Assembly (NCBI GenBank): GCA_964016885.1
Contig: OZ024743.1
Coordinates: 315,394,001 to 315,458,000 of the forward strand
Source: Eledone cirrhosa
Taxonomy: Eukaryota
Direction of reading: 5' to 3'
Length of the DNA stretch: 64,000 nt
Position numbers and translations under genes: made by a program. Shown in pieces: positions 16,113 to 29,183 of this stretch (the stretch's first letter is position 1; each line of letters opens with the position of its first letter). Under the pieces are notes generated by a model that made no database searches, was not told the origin of the DNA, and saw only the letters and a list, made by a program, of their open reading frames with translations.

Positions 16113-17377
16113 CATACATTTACCTTGCGTTTGTAAAAGAGGAATTGATCGTTTGGCCATTTTGCAGATTGGCCTCTCCCTTTAATTAATTATGTTCTTA
16201 TTGATTTAGTGATCCCAACTTAAATTTAGTATAGATGATACTCACCATCAAATCCTAAGAATAAAATCTTGTCAGATGGTGCTGGTCGATCGGCACACCA
16301 GCCCGTCTGATATCATGTTGTAAAGAATGACCAGGGCGGAGTCTAGCTAGTGACATGTCGCCTAGGCCGCCTCGTGCTCCAGGATCACAGAAGGTTCAGT
16401 TGTGTACCGACGAAAGAAAAGCAGACAGGAGACCGAAGACCACAATGTATCAGTGGAGGAGTTGTCGAATTGTTACAGAGTACGATAGAATGCTTTGCGC
16501 TATGTCATCGAAGTTTCGCTCTCTTAGTTTAAATCCTACCACATACCAAGTGTAACGACAGACAGATAACATCAGCAATAGAAAGACCAATAGAAACATA
16601 CTTTCTTGTGTATACGTTGCCCATTTCTCGGAATATTACAAAACGTTGAGAAAATAATGTTAATATAAAGAAAAAGGTGCTCGTGTGCGGGACTGCTATA
16701 AAATAGCTTATAAAGTAGGGTGAAGACACTTAAAAGACGGAAAAAGAAGTTGCTATAGGCCACTATGAGGAATCGAACCCCTTATCTACAATACATTTCT
16801 TTTTTTGTTTTCTATTTTTACATATTAAACATAAAAGGAATGTATTCAATATAAAAACAAAAGTTCATAGTTATTCATTTGAAACAGAAACTTCGTAAAT
16901 TACAAGTACATGTGTCACGCTTTCTATCGTCGGGAGAATATGAAAGCTGAGTAGCTCTGCTACATTATATATACTATCAGAAAAAACACCCTTCGGGTGG
17001 TTTTCTGCAGGTATGTTTAGTGTGTATATTGATATTATACGCAGGTATATATACATGTAGATATGATGCATCAAATAAAATCGTAATTGACAATATACAC
17101 AGAAATTGAACGAAGACTGTGTTACACTGTCTCATGTAATCAGTAACGTAATCCATGATACATTTAAAAAAAGACGATATTATATATAAACTGATTTAGG
17201 AGAAAATTAGTGACAGAAAATTAATATGTTTATTTAAGCGATCGCCATCGGAAGTGTTGACATTTGAAAATTTTAAAGAAGTGAATCTTTAAATAAATAA
17301 TAAAATATATTAAATGAACAGCCACGAAATTTAGTAGATAAATTATGTAATATTCATTAATTATTTATTCAAAGTAA

Positions 17378-17560
17378 CCGGTGGATTGGCAGTATCGGTA
17401 GAGAGTCGGATGCCATGCTTTCCAGCATAGTTACGTCCTTTTACGGTCTGAGTTCAAATCTCGCCGAGGTTCACTTTGCCTTTCATCCTTACGGGGTCGA
17501 TAAAATAAAGTACCAGTAATCTACTGGGAAATTTCTGGCCTTGTGCGAAAAGTAGAAACA
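17378..17560 (+). mobile_element. Full-length tRNA-derived SINE with 18-bp TSD
   Basis: attatttattcaaagtaa at 17360-17377 and 17561-17578. Confidence 0.93.
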
Positions 17561-17658
17561 ATTATTTATTCAAAGTAATCCAACTTATTTTACTAAGGGG
17601 ATAAAAAATTATAAACCGTACACAGTCCCGCGCGTCTTACTTTATTATAGTTTAGATA

Positions 17659-17871
17659 CAGGGTGGGCCAGAATTCATGACTGGCTTGATTATTTATAGA
17701 TCTATTAACACAAAATGTTATAAAACAAGTTAAGGAATATAATACCATATACGGGCATAAGATCATGAACAAGATACAGCACACAAATGTACACATTTAA
17801 TACAATAACAGTGACATAAGCATGTTAAAAAATATAACTAACAAGCGAGTCAGGAATTCTGGCTCACCCTG
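17659..17871. mobile_element. Tc1/mariner-type MITE
   Basis: TA|cagggtgggccagaattcatgact ... agtcaggaattctggctcaccctg|TA. Confidence 0.88.
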
Positions 17872-18374
17872 TATGTATGGTCCCGTAAAACCTGGGGGAA
17901 TCGTAGGGGCCCTGGATTGACATACGGCGTTTCTAGGGTAATTTAAGCCTGGTGGAGCCCATCACGTTTCCAGGTTTGAACACAGCAGATTTTTTCCTGA
18001 GATGGATAGAAAGAGTGAGAGAATGAAATTGAGAGATATATATAGAGAGAATAGAATCCAGTAGGAGACTGATACTTTTTCTATCGACTTTGAATGGATG
18101 GGATTTGAACTCAGAAAGCAGAGAGCTGAAACGAATACTGCAAATCATTTTCTTCGACGTTCTCACGACTTTACCAATTCGCTGCTTCCTGCTACATTAT
18201 ATAATAAACTAGATGAAAATATTTCAAAATATTCGAAATATTATTTAGGATGACATTGAACCAAAACACAAAAACGCATTTTTTATTTTATTTGTTTATT
18301 TAGCATTATTTGTTTTTTTAATTTTAATGACGAACTAACAAGAATAGATGACAAATGAATGATTGATTACCATG

Positions 18375-18585
18375 CTCTGTTTTGGGCACAAAGCCAACAC
18401 TGTGAGGTGAGGGGAAAGTCGATTAAATCGAGCCCTATGCGTTACTGGTACTTTATTTCACCGAACCCAGAAGGATGAAAGGCAAAGCTAACCTCAGCTG
18501 GATTTAAACTAAGAACGTAACGGGACATAACTATAAGCTGAAAAGCATATTGTCCGACGCTCTACCGATACTATCAATCCACCAC
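18375..18585 (-). mobile_element. tRNA-derived SINE
   Basis: Reverse-complement match to the SINE core and head. Confidence 0.8.
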
Positions 18586-18835
18586 ATTTATGATAGAATA
18601 TATGGTTTCTGATTTAGTCACAAGCCATCAATTTGGGGGGAGGGTTAAGGGGGTATTTAATTATAGGGACCCCCAGCTTTATCATGAAAATTAACGTGAA
18701 AGGTGCTCAGAAACTCATCCCACCGCCATATGTAACAATGAAACCAATGATCTTATAATCATGAGTCCAACATCCTAACCATTTTATCACGCAGCTTTAT
18801 ATATGATCACAAATCAGGAAAAACTTTAAAACATA

Positions 18836-19046
18836 CGAGCGTAGGTTGAAAAGTTCATAGGCTGACTATGAAAGAGTGATACTAGCTCTGTGAAATTTTG
18901 CACGCATTAATTTCAACTCTTATTAATAACTGCACTGTTGCTTTCCAGGAACTATGTCGAAAAATAAACCCCATTTGGTCATTCCATGAGAGTATCTTGG
19001 TCAGCCTATGGACCTTCCGGCCTATGAACTTTCAAACTGACCCTCG
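18836..19046. mobile_element. mariner-type MITE
   Basis: TA|cgagcgtaggttgaaaagttcataggc ... gcctatgaactttcaaactgaccctcg|TA. Confidence 0.85.
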
Positions 19047-19489
19047 TATTTAAGTGCAGAATAGTTCTATTAATACGGTAAAATCCACGAAGACATTACA
19101 TTTAAGATTAGCTCTTATAGTTTAAAGTAAACGCCATCGTTCGACCTTGTGAGAGCTCCTATTAATCTATTTCGACAGGTGGGGAAGTCGTGACGCTCAG
19201 TATTAATATCAATAATAATCTATACTGCATAAAATATCTACTAAGTTAGTTGCAAATATGTAATATAACGCTGAGAAAAAACTTCGATTCGTTGAGATAA
19301 TATTCTCAATTAAATGACAAATCTAAAACGAACAAGCAAGGAAAACAACTCCAATAACATGGTTTCTTTAGAAAGTGATAATTAGAGTGATATTAGTTAA
19401 TTTTAGTGTGCTCTTTCTGAATATGTAGTCCGTTTTCCTCCATCTCATATAGATTTTGATTTAGATGTCACCCGCTGTATACCAAATTC

Positions 19490-20130
19490 TCAGAAATATA
19501 ATGTACCATGCAGTGTTCCTCTTTGTATTTTAAGATAGATGTTTTGCTCCACATATTGTATGCAAATGTCACTGTTATCTACTTTCCTTCTGGTCTAGTG
19601 GCAAGCTGGAGCAAATAGCACTCCAATGGCATGGTGAGAACAAGGCAACCATTCTGCTGGTTGCCACTTTTGCATTACTAATGTTTAGGAGTCCAATAAG
19701 AAGTATATCAAGAATCCTGATGGAATTCCTCCTGTGCCAAACAATCAAGCACTGAGTGAGTCAGGTGAATCCGATGACGAAACTGGATGTGAAAACAAAA
19801 TGGATGACAAGGATTTTCAAATTCCTAATTCATGCCCGGAAATAAGCCAATAACAACTGGCTCATTTTATTCAAAAGATGGGACATTCTAAGAATGATGT
19901 TTACCTGGCTAGAACAATGCTCAGAGAATTTGGTGCCTTAGCCCAAGGAAACAAAACAACAGTGTAGGTACCGAGAGAAAAAATGTGTTTAATCTTTCGA
20001 CACACATGATAAAATGGGTTCGGTTTATTGCAAATACACTACTGGTTTGATGATGGCACTGGGAATTTCCTCTGATGGTGGTTATTCATTGATGGCAGTT
20101 TCTACAGATTATAGGCAGTCTTTTTGATTA
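19490..20130 (+). pseudogene. Chapaev3-like (CMC) transposase relic
   Basis: FAPHIVCKC...PMAW*EQGNHSAGCHFC, SQ*QLAHFIQKMGHSK, VYCKYTTGL and WLFIDGS follow the recalled motif order WAPHICC..PMVWREP.NH..DCYFC..VYC..WRLFIDSS. Confidence 0.6.
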
Positions 20131-20336
20131 TATAATAAAATAAATATGGTTTTATAAATATAGTTTCCATTTATTAATATTATTGATATATATATATATA
20201 TATGCGGTCCGGTTACGTATGCCGAGTTTGGGAAGGTGGTTAGTCCGTGTTTGGTTTACTTAATTTGGAGGGTCAGTGAGGTTGGTTTGGGGCCATGATT
20301 GGAGAAATAACGTTCTTGTTTACGTACATATATAAA

Positions 20337-20491
20337 GAAGAAGAAGAAGAAGAAGAAGAAGAAGAAGAAGAAGAAGAAGAAGAAGAAGAAGAAGAAGAAG
20401 AAGAAGAAGAAGAAGAAGAAGAAGAAGAAGAAGAAGAAGAAGAAGAAGAAGAAGAAGAAGAAGAAGAAGAAGAAGAAGAAGAAGAAGAAGA
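20337..20491. repeat. (GAA)n microsatellite
   Basis: Pure run of about 50 units. Confidence 0.97.
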
Positions 20492-20635
20492 AACAGGGGT
20501 TGTATAGTTGCTGGATAAGGTGTATTTATAAATAAGAGGAAAGCACGAACGGGAGAAAATTTTCCTTCATCAGTTGTCTGCTGGGGATCATAGATATTTC
20601 TACGCATTAAAGACAAGATATCTACCCCCAGTGCG

Positions 20636-20699
<64 letters not shown>

Positions 20700-20789
20700 T
20701 GTGTATTTATAAGAGTGGTGCCCCAGCATGAGCTCAGCGGGTTCACCTGAAAAGGAAAAGAGTAAAAGTGTATATGTTAAAGGTAAAGA

Positions 20790-21087
20790 CTCCCTTCGGT
20801 CACCAATGACCATGGGATTTGCACCTAGAAAGTTCTCATCCGAGGTTCAAGTCTGAGATAAGTTGTTTGTTGAAGACTAACAATCGCTTATGCACACAAA
20901 TCTCCCCTCTCCACGCCACTGATGTTGTCGAAGAGAAAGACTAAGGCCGATATAGCTTGACACCAGTGACGTCGCAACTCATTTCTACAGCTGAGTAAAC
21001 CGGAGCAACGTGAAATAGTGTCATTCTCAAGGACACAACGCACCACTCTGTCCGAGAATAGAACTCACAAACTCCCGATTGCAAGCC
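20790..21087 (-). mobile_element. Second tRNA-related SINE family (related copies at ~15412-15500 and ~39985-40100)
   Basis: Reverse complement gives gtgagttctattctc (box B-like) then gttgtgtccttgag; truncated by (TA)n and a family A element. Confidence 0.6.
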
Positions 21088-21099
21088 ATATATATATAT

Positions 21100-21292
21100 A
21101 GGAAAAAGTATGACCCCGACGGCAGGCCTCAAGCCGTTTCGACGGCTATTTCTAGTCCAGAAATAGCCGTCGAAACGGCTTGAGCTCTGCCGTCGGGGTC
21201 ATACTTTTTCCTATTTCCCACTCTACTACCCTAAGTATTGAGTACTCTGGTGCGTTATGGTCCATCTGGTTCCTTACCACAATTCCTTCGTT
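21100..21292 (+). mobile_element. Family A palindromic PLE pLTR-end element
   Basis: Arms 21100-21153 and 21159-21213; HHR 3' half GAAACggc-ttgagctct-gccGTC; tail tattgagtac...ttccttcgtt|(TA)n. Confidence 0.85.
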
Positions 21293-22818
21293 ATATATAT
21301 ATATATAGTTAGAGAGAGAACGTGAAAGATACTGTAAGAGCTCATCCTTATTTGAATATCGGATTATTTCTTGAAAACCCTATATGATGCAACACGTTAC
21401 CAATTAGTTTAAAAATTCTATTAATGTTTGGAGCAATTTTAAAACTGGATATAGAGTATTTAAGAGGTTCATTGTATAAAGACCTGTATGTTTGCAAAAC
21501 AACTTTAATGATTATAACACATTAAATATTTGACGCGTAGAAGCAAAGTTTTAAAAGCCAAAAAAGCTAAAATTTACACATTTTTCTCTCCTAAAGATTA
21601 TCAGACCTGTCTCTGATATTGCGATAAATTTCACTGGTGCATGCCAAAAATTAATATAATAGATATATGAATAAATTATTAAAAGTCTCTTTATTTGTTA
21701 GATTTCTGATCATGATATGTTACCGATATAAACATGATATCGGTGTTGTTTTGTGGGAAATAGTAACATGGCGAAATTGATATTTAGTGATTAACGTAAT
21801 ATTGCCAACGATTTCTTTCATATATGAGACCTTTGTGACTTGTCAAATGAAATCGATATCCATTCAGGAAGCAAAGGCTAAAACATCAAGTAATGCTATT
21901 ATTACTACTAACGTATACTAATCACGAACACAACCAGTGATACCAACACTAACGCCATCCTCACCACTGTTAACACTTAACCAACCACCACTACCACAAC
22001 CACTGGTCTCATCAACCATCACCACCCTCACCACAGACCTCAACAACCATCAACACTACTTCCACGATTATTACCAGCATTGAGACCATAACAAACCCCA
22101 TTGATAACACCACTCCCATCATCACTATTACCAACAACAGCAACAATAAGAATACTATCATCAAAAACAGAAACAATAATCGCAACACCACCACTACCAC
22201 CACCACCACCACCATCACCAACTTGACTAACATACAATAATCACCATCATAACCACCACTAATACCCCAATTATTAGTGGTGGTTATTCTAATATCGACA
22301 CCACAACAACCAGCACCACCACCAACTGCACTCTACCAGCATTAGAGTTACCACAGCCAACTATACTAATATCAATAGAATTGCAACCTTTCATGCCACT
22401 ATTAACAAATATTTCTACTAAATTCTTCACTAAAACTAATAACAACCATTATTGGCACCACCACTAACAACAACAACAACAACATCAGAAATAACCCCCC
22501 CCCCCCCCCAACATCACCATCACCACTAATACACCTCACCATTATATAAGGTAACAGATATGGTACTAATATCAATAGAACCACAACTTTTAATGTCACC
22601 ATTACCAAAACGATAGAGAAACCTCCTGCATACTTCCTGAAATTACCATAATACTAACAAAAGTTTCAGACGTTCACATATTTAAACACTAAATATCTCT
22701 TAATGTCTTTGGTTTTTTAATGCTTGTATAAACAAGTTATAATATTTAAGAATACATTAGTGTATATGTATGCATTTCCTTCTTTAAAAATAATACACCT
22801 CCCACACCACCACCACAA

Positions 22819-22849
<31 letters not shown>

Positions 22850-22896
22850 CATATTTAATATATATATACATATATATATATATACATATATGTATG

Positions 22897-22946
<50 letters not shown>

Positions 22947-23208
22947 TATATGTATGTATATATATCTATATATCTATATACATCAGAGTTTTCCTTCTCC
23001 TAGGTATACCTGATGGTATCCAATGATGTTGACTTGTTCTTCTTTTTGGTAAATATCATCTTGGTTAAGAGAGTGGGACTGACTTTGTGCAGTGCCTTTG
23101 CTCGCTATAAAAGCTTCACGGCACAGGCATTTCTTTATATCTGGAGATCTCTCTGCACTTGTCACATGGTACCATGGGCCCAGCACTATGTGTCAATAAT
23201 TGTCACAA

Positions 23209-23340
23209 GTGTAGTGTTTGTACCAGAGTTTTCAAGTCGCTGGCTGGACTAAAAAGTCACACTCGTTCAGCGCATCGGTAGGGGTTCTCCTACATGGATA
23301 TAAAGTAGTGGCCGTACTCGAAAACGAGTTGGCAGTCACC
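23209..23340 (-). repeat. ~135-bp dispersed terminal module (second copy 47363-47497)
   Basis: Near-identical sequence abutting (TA)n-rich DNA in both copies. Confidence 0.85.
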
Positions 23341-23358
23341 ATATATATACTTATATGT

Positions 23359-23423
<65 letters not shown>

Positions 23424-23452
23424 TGTATATATATATATACATATATATATAT

Positions 23453-23487
<35 letters not shown>

Positions 23488-23841
23488 CATATATGTATAT
23501 ATTCCGTATATGTGTGTGTGTGTGTGTGTGTGTGTCAAACAGATATAGTTTTTTTACAAGAAAAGTATAAAAGACAATATAAAAGAATCGAAAACATAGG
23601 TGGCAGGAGGACCAACCGAGACTGCGACAATCTGTATATAAATATACACATTTTTAAATATATATGGCTGTGTGTGAGTATGTGTAGAAATCTATAGATA
23701 CCCGTGTGTCTGTATGTATTTGACACAACCTTATAGTTACATCTTAATTATTGTTTTACACGCACACACCCACACACACACGCATATATATATATGTATA
23801 TATAGCTCTATCTATATATATATATATATCTGCATATATAT

Positions 23842-23880
<39 letters not shown>

Positions 23881-23882
<2 letters not shown>

Positions 23883-23935
23883 GTAAGTATGTATGTATAG
23901 GTACATACATATATGTATACAGACGTACAGTAGCA

Positions 23936-23999
<64 letters not shown>

Positions 24000-24434
24000 T
24001 ACATACAGGTACACATATATATATATGTACGTATCAGTTTAGCGGACGTTTATTATAACGCCCGCTTTGTCCGTTTGTAAACAAACTGACAGCCTGATTT
24101 ATGCCGTACGGTGTTAAGGCAACCACGTCACCTTTTTGTTCAACACTGACACAGGAACGATGTACTAGTTTCAAGCTTCTTAGCTATCATCAGCACCGTA
24201 TACACTTCTGCCAGATGGTTGAACGTTCGAAAGTATATACTTTCCTTATGAAAATTAACGGCTGAGCAGCCTAATTTGCATATCGAGTGAGTTCAGTCGG
24301 CCAGGCTCACCGAAAACGATAAGTTGGAATAGGATGAAACGAAATTTCATTTCTCACTCTTAGTACGGCACTTACTTAAATGTAAGTATGTATGTATACG
24401 TACATACATATATGTATACAGACGTACGGTAGCA

Positions 24435-24475
<41 letters not shown>

Positions 24476-24786
24476 GTATATACATATATATATATACGTA
24501 TATACATACAGGTACACATATATATATGTACGTATCAGTTTAGCGGACATTTATTATAACGCCCGCTTTGTCCGTTTGTAAACAAACGGACAGCCTGATT
24601 TATCCCGTACGGTGTTAAGTAAGTGCCGTACTAAGAGTGAGAAATGAAATTTCGTTTCATCCTATTCCAACTTATATATATATGTATATATATATATATA
24701 TATATATGTGTATATATATGTCTATATATATAAATATATATATATATGTCTATATATATATATATATATATATGTCTATATATGTC

Positions 24787-24831
<45 letters not shown>

Positions 24832-24834
24832 GTC

Positions 24835-24879
<45 letters not shown>

Positions 24880-24882
24880 GTC

Positions 24883-24967
<85 letters not shown>

Positions 24968-24987
24968 GTCTATATATATGTCTATAT

Positions 24988-25044
<57 letters not shown>

Positions 25045-25045
25045 C

Positions 25046-25096
<51 letters not shown>

Positions 25097-25106
25097 GACA
25101 TATATA

Positions 25107-25155
<49 letters not shown>

Positions 25156-25216
25156 ATATAAGTTGGAATAGGATGAAACGAAATTTCATTTCTCACTCTT
25201 AGTACGGCACTTACTT

Positions 25217-25220
<4 letters not shown>
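23881..25220 (-). mobile_element. Retrozyme-like tandem/inverted element E1 (~500-bp unit)
   Basis: 23881-24379 is repeated partially at 24380-24619; inverted end ~24615-24672; further end copy 25160-25220; HHR and octamer present. Confidence 0.75.
24157..24199 (-). ncRNA. Minimal type I hammerhead ribozyme
   Basis: Reverse complement: acggtg-CTGATGA-tagct aaga agctt-GAAAC-ta-GTA-catcgt; palindromic stem III ACTAGT; GUA triplet. Confidence 0.88.
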
Positions 25221-25261
<41 letters not shown>

Positions 25262-25549
25262 AAATAACGAAACGAAATCAAACTTCGTTTCGTTTGTAAC
25301 TCACTTTTGTATGACTGACGCTTAAACAATTAAGTTAAAGATGTACATCCATATATGTATACTGAAATACTAGTATGTATATGAATACACACACGTATAC
25401 ATATGTAGATGTACCAAGTTTTTTCACTGGTCACTTTACTGCGAGTGGCCAGTTATTCTGTATGTAAACACACAGATAAACCGGTTTTTAGAGTCATACT
25501 GGTTTTTGAGGAAACACCTTTCCTCTATTCTCCAGAAAGCCAGACAAGG

Positions 25550-25594
25550 AATATTGAACTAGTTTCGTTGTTGTTACAACTCATCAGCAATATT
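25550..25594 (-). ncRNA. Minimal type I hammerhead ribozyme (E2 unit 1)
   Basis: Reverse complement: aatattg-CTGATGA-gttg taacaa caac-GAAAC-ta-GTT-caatatt. Confidence 0.88.
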
Positions 25595-26016
25595 TACCTA
25601 TCTTCCGGCCTCTCTAGAGAATCGTAAAAGCACATATCGCTATATGCTTTTTCTATGAAAATTAGTAGTGAGCAGACCAATTTGCATAGAGTGTGAGTAA
25701 GTACCGGTTCAACGGAGACGATAAAAACAAATAACGAAACGAAATCAAACTTCGTTTCGTTTGTAACTCACTTTTGTATGACTGACGCTTAAACAATTAA
25801 GTTAAAGATGTACATCCATATATGTATACTGAAATACTAGTATGTATATGAATACACACACGTATACATATGTAGATGTACCAAGTTTTTTCACTGGTCA
25901 CTTTACTGCGAGTGGCCAGCTATTCTGTATGTAAACACACAGATAAACCGGTTTTTAGAGTCATACTGGTTTTTGAGGAAACACCTTTCCTCTATTCTCC
26001 AGAAAGCCAGACAAGG

Positions 26017-26061
26017 AATATTGAACTAGTTTCGTTGTTGTTACAACTCATCAGCAATATT
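26017..26061 (-). ncRNA. Minimal type I hammerhead ribozyme (E2 unit 2)
   Basis: Identical to 25550-25594. Confidence 0.88.
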
Positions 26062-26507
26062 TACCTATCTTCCGGCCTCTCTAGAGAATCGTAAAAGCAC
26101 ATATCGCTATATGCTTTTTCTATGAAAATTAGTAGTGGGCAGACCAATTTGCATAGAGTGTGAGTAAGTACCGGTTCAACGGAGACGATAAAAACAAATA
26201 ACGAAACGAAATCAAGCTTCGTTTCGTTTGTAACTCACTTTTGTATGAGTGACGCTTAGACAATTAAGTTAAAGATGTACATCCATATATGTATACTGAA
26301 ATACTAGTATGTATATGAATACACACACGTATACATATGTAGATGTACCAATTTTGATTTCGTTTCGTTATTTGTTTTTATCGTCTCCGTTGAACCGGTA
26401 CTTACTCACACTCTATGCAAATTGGTCTGCCCACTACTAATTTTCATAGAAAAAGCATTTAGCGATATGTGCTTTTACGATTCTCTAGAGAGGCCGGAAG
26501 ATAGGTA

Positions 26508-26552
26508 AATATTGCTGATGAGTTGTAACAACAACGAAACTAGTTCAATATT
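26508..26552 (+). ncRNA. Minimal type I hammerhead ribozyme (E2 inverted arm)
   Basis: aatattgCTGATGAgttgtaacaacaacGAAACtaGTTcaatatt. Confidence 0.88.
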
Positions 26553-26771
26553 CCTTGTCTGGCTTTCTGGAGAATAGAGGAAAGGTGTTTCCTCAAAAAC
26601 CAGTATGACTCTAAAAACCGGTTTATCTGTGTGTTTACATACAGAATAGCTGGCCACTCGCAGTAAAGTGACCAGTGAAAAAACTTGGTACATCTACATA
26701 TGTATACGTGTGTGTATTCATATACATACTAGTATTTCAGTATACATATATGGATGTACATCTTTAACTTA

Positions 26772-26849
<78 letters not shown>

Positions 26850-26854
<5 letters not shown>

Positions 26855-27309
26855 ATACTTTGGGAGGGTCATGTTGCCAATAAGAATCACACGCACCAGT
26901 TGTTTTCACTCCAATTTATCATAAATTAAATTTATAAATTTTAAAATTTATAAATTTACGGTTGGTTGGTTGGTTCCACAACCTGACAGTTGTTCATATA
27001 TTGTCAAAGTTCTTTCGTCACACATTATGTTACCTCTTCAGTGACTGGGGATTATTTTCTTTGTTTTGTGCCTCTCCTTTGTTCTGTACTGCGCCATCTT
27101 GTTTTTGTGTGTGTTGTGTGCTTAGTTTTCGCATGTGTTACATCCGGGTGTCTGTGTGTGTTTTAAATTTATAATTTAATTTATAATAAATTGGATAAAA
27201 GCAACTGGTGCGTGTGTTTCTTATTGGCAACATGGCCCTCCCAAAGTATAACAATATCGGTTTCAACACACGTTTTCAGATAAAGAATCTTGCTAAACAA
27301 TTTAAGAAA

Positions 27310-27310
<1 letters not shown>
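26850..27310. mobile_element. Fold-back PLE pLTR related to the adjacent large PLE, with a minus-strand HHR at ~27003-27045
   Basis: Arms ~26850-26935 and ~27165-27252; reverse complement gtca-CTGAAGA...GAAAGAACTT-tgac; tail homologous (inverted) to 28590-28670. Confidence 0.75.
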
Positions 27311-27370
<60 letters not shown>

Positions 27371-27417
27371 TATATACATATATATATACACAGATATATA
27401 CATATATATATATACAC

Positions 27418-27489
<72 letters not shown>

Positions 27490-27884
27490 TCTTGTAGGTA
27501 TACACATATTTGTATTGGTTTGGTGGGTGATAAAGAAGGGGTTGTGATTATAGGTACTATATTTACCGACCTCGAAAGGAAGCGAGTTAAACTTTATCGC
27601 AGTGGAATTTGAAATCTGATAGCTGGAAACCGGAACAAACACGGATTATCGAGGACGGCAGGGAAGTGGTTGAATATGTGTATTTCTACTTTGGTAAGCA
27701 AAATATTACAAAAAAGAGATCGACACATGGAATTCAAGTATTTTTTTTTTTTTAATTGAAATTATGTTTGAGGCGTCGTGACATAAGATATTCACGATTT
27801 TCATTGAGCGGAAGTCACGACATTAACACGTAATCTCCTCCTAATCACGTTGCCATACATTGTTACAAATACGAAATTGGTGTG

Positions 27885-27936
<52 letters not shown>

Positions 27937-28528
27937 CTGCTATGTATATACATATACGTAAATATATTTACATACATATGTATGCATCCATACATAGAGT
28001 AATGAAACCAGTAAAACATAAATACGTGTATATATATATATATATGTGTATGCGATTATATATATATGTGTATATGCGAGTGCATTTACATGTAAGTATA
28101 TGTAAATATATTTACATACATGCATATGCATACATACATAAATTAATTAATCTAGAACATATATACATGTATATACATGTGTGTGTATGCATACATTCAT
28201 CCGTACATGAACTTTATGTTCAAATAGATGGAGAGATAATAGGAAAATGTCGTAAGCAAAGATGTCATTGCCAATGGCCACACACTGCTACAGACTGACT
28301 TATACACACACACCTACACACACGCGCGTGCATACATGAACACACACGCATTGATATCTATATAAACATAAATGGAAAACATCAAAAGACACAATATATG
28401 TGTGTGGGTGTGTGCGTGTGCGAGTAGGTGTGTGTGATCTTGTGTGCACGTGTCTGGGTGTGTGCACGTGTGTGATCGTGTGTGTTCATGTGTGCGTGTG
28501 TGCGCGTGTATGCTTGTGTGTGCGTGTT

Positions 28529-28589
<61 letters not shown>

Positions 28590-29151
28590 CGGAGATGAAT
28601 TTGTTTTGCGAGGTTTTTTATATGAAATCGTGTGTCGAAACAAATATTGTTATACTTGGGGAGGGTCATATTGTTTTAATAATATTGCCAGAAACAATAA
28701 CAGAACACACCCACTGTGGATGATGAAGAAAAGAGAAAAGAAAATTTACAAAAATACCCTGATAAGATCAACAATATCCGTATGACAGACGTAGCATTAC
28801 CGGCAGAGTTTACCAAAGACCATACAATAAATATTTGTGGGAATACTTTAACCAGTGAACAAGAACAACAGGTTCTACAGCCCCCACCGATATTTGCTAT
28901 CTACAAAATGATAAATCCAATCGAGTGTAAAAACGGAGCTGGAAAAGTGTTTCACAACAATACGTTGGAATGCGAAAATAAACAGCAACAAATATACGGA
29001 CAACAACAATAATAACGATAGTATTAATATAAACAATAGCTCTGAGTATAGAAATAACAGCTATAATAGTAATAGTCATAACAATAACAATAGCAGGAGA
29101 GTGAGAAATAGTAATAATAATAATGGTAGTAATATTAACGATAGGCAGAAT

Positions 29152-29183
<32 letters not shown>

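Larger units (their letters stand above)
25258..26775 (-). mobile_element. Retrozyme-like element E2: ~2.3 tandem 467-bp units plus a ~420-bp inverted arm, in (TA)n
   Basis: caaataacg at 25261, 25728 and 26195 (period 467); inversion junction ~26352; units differ at only a few positions. Confidence 0.9.

Noticed and set aside
17380-17470. tRNA gene candidates at SINE heads (also a fragment at ~16758-16782)
   Set aside because: Boxes A and B are present but there is no cloverleaf or acceptor stem; they continue into the SINE core
20545-20580. Minus-strand CTGATGA as a hammerhead
   Set aside because: No downstream GAAA or stem III
21900-22610. Thr/Pro-rich mucin-like reading
   Set aside because: Degenerate (CAC/CAA)n low-complexity DNA with stops and no splice support
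25409-26693. Three identical 72-aa ORFs (MYQVFSLV...)
   Set aside because: By-product of the 467-bp repeat; antisense to the HHR, no recognisable domain, and not conserved in sister family E1
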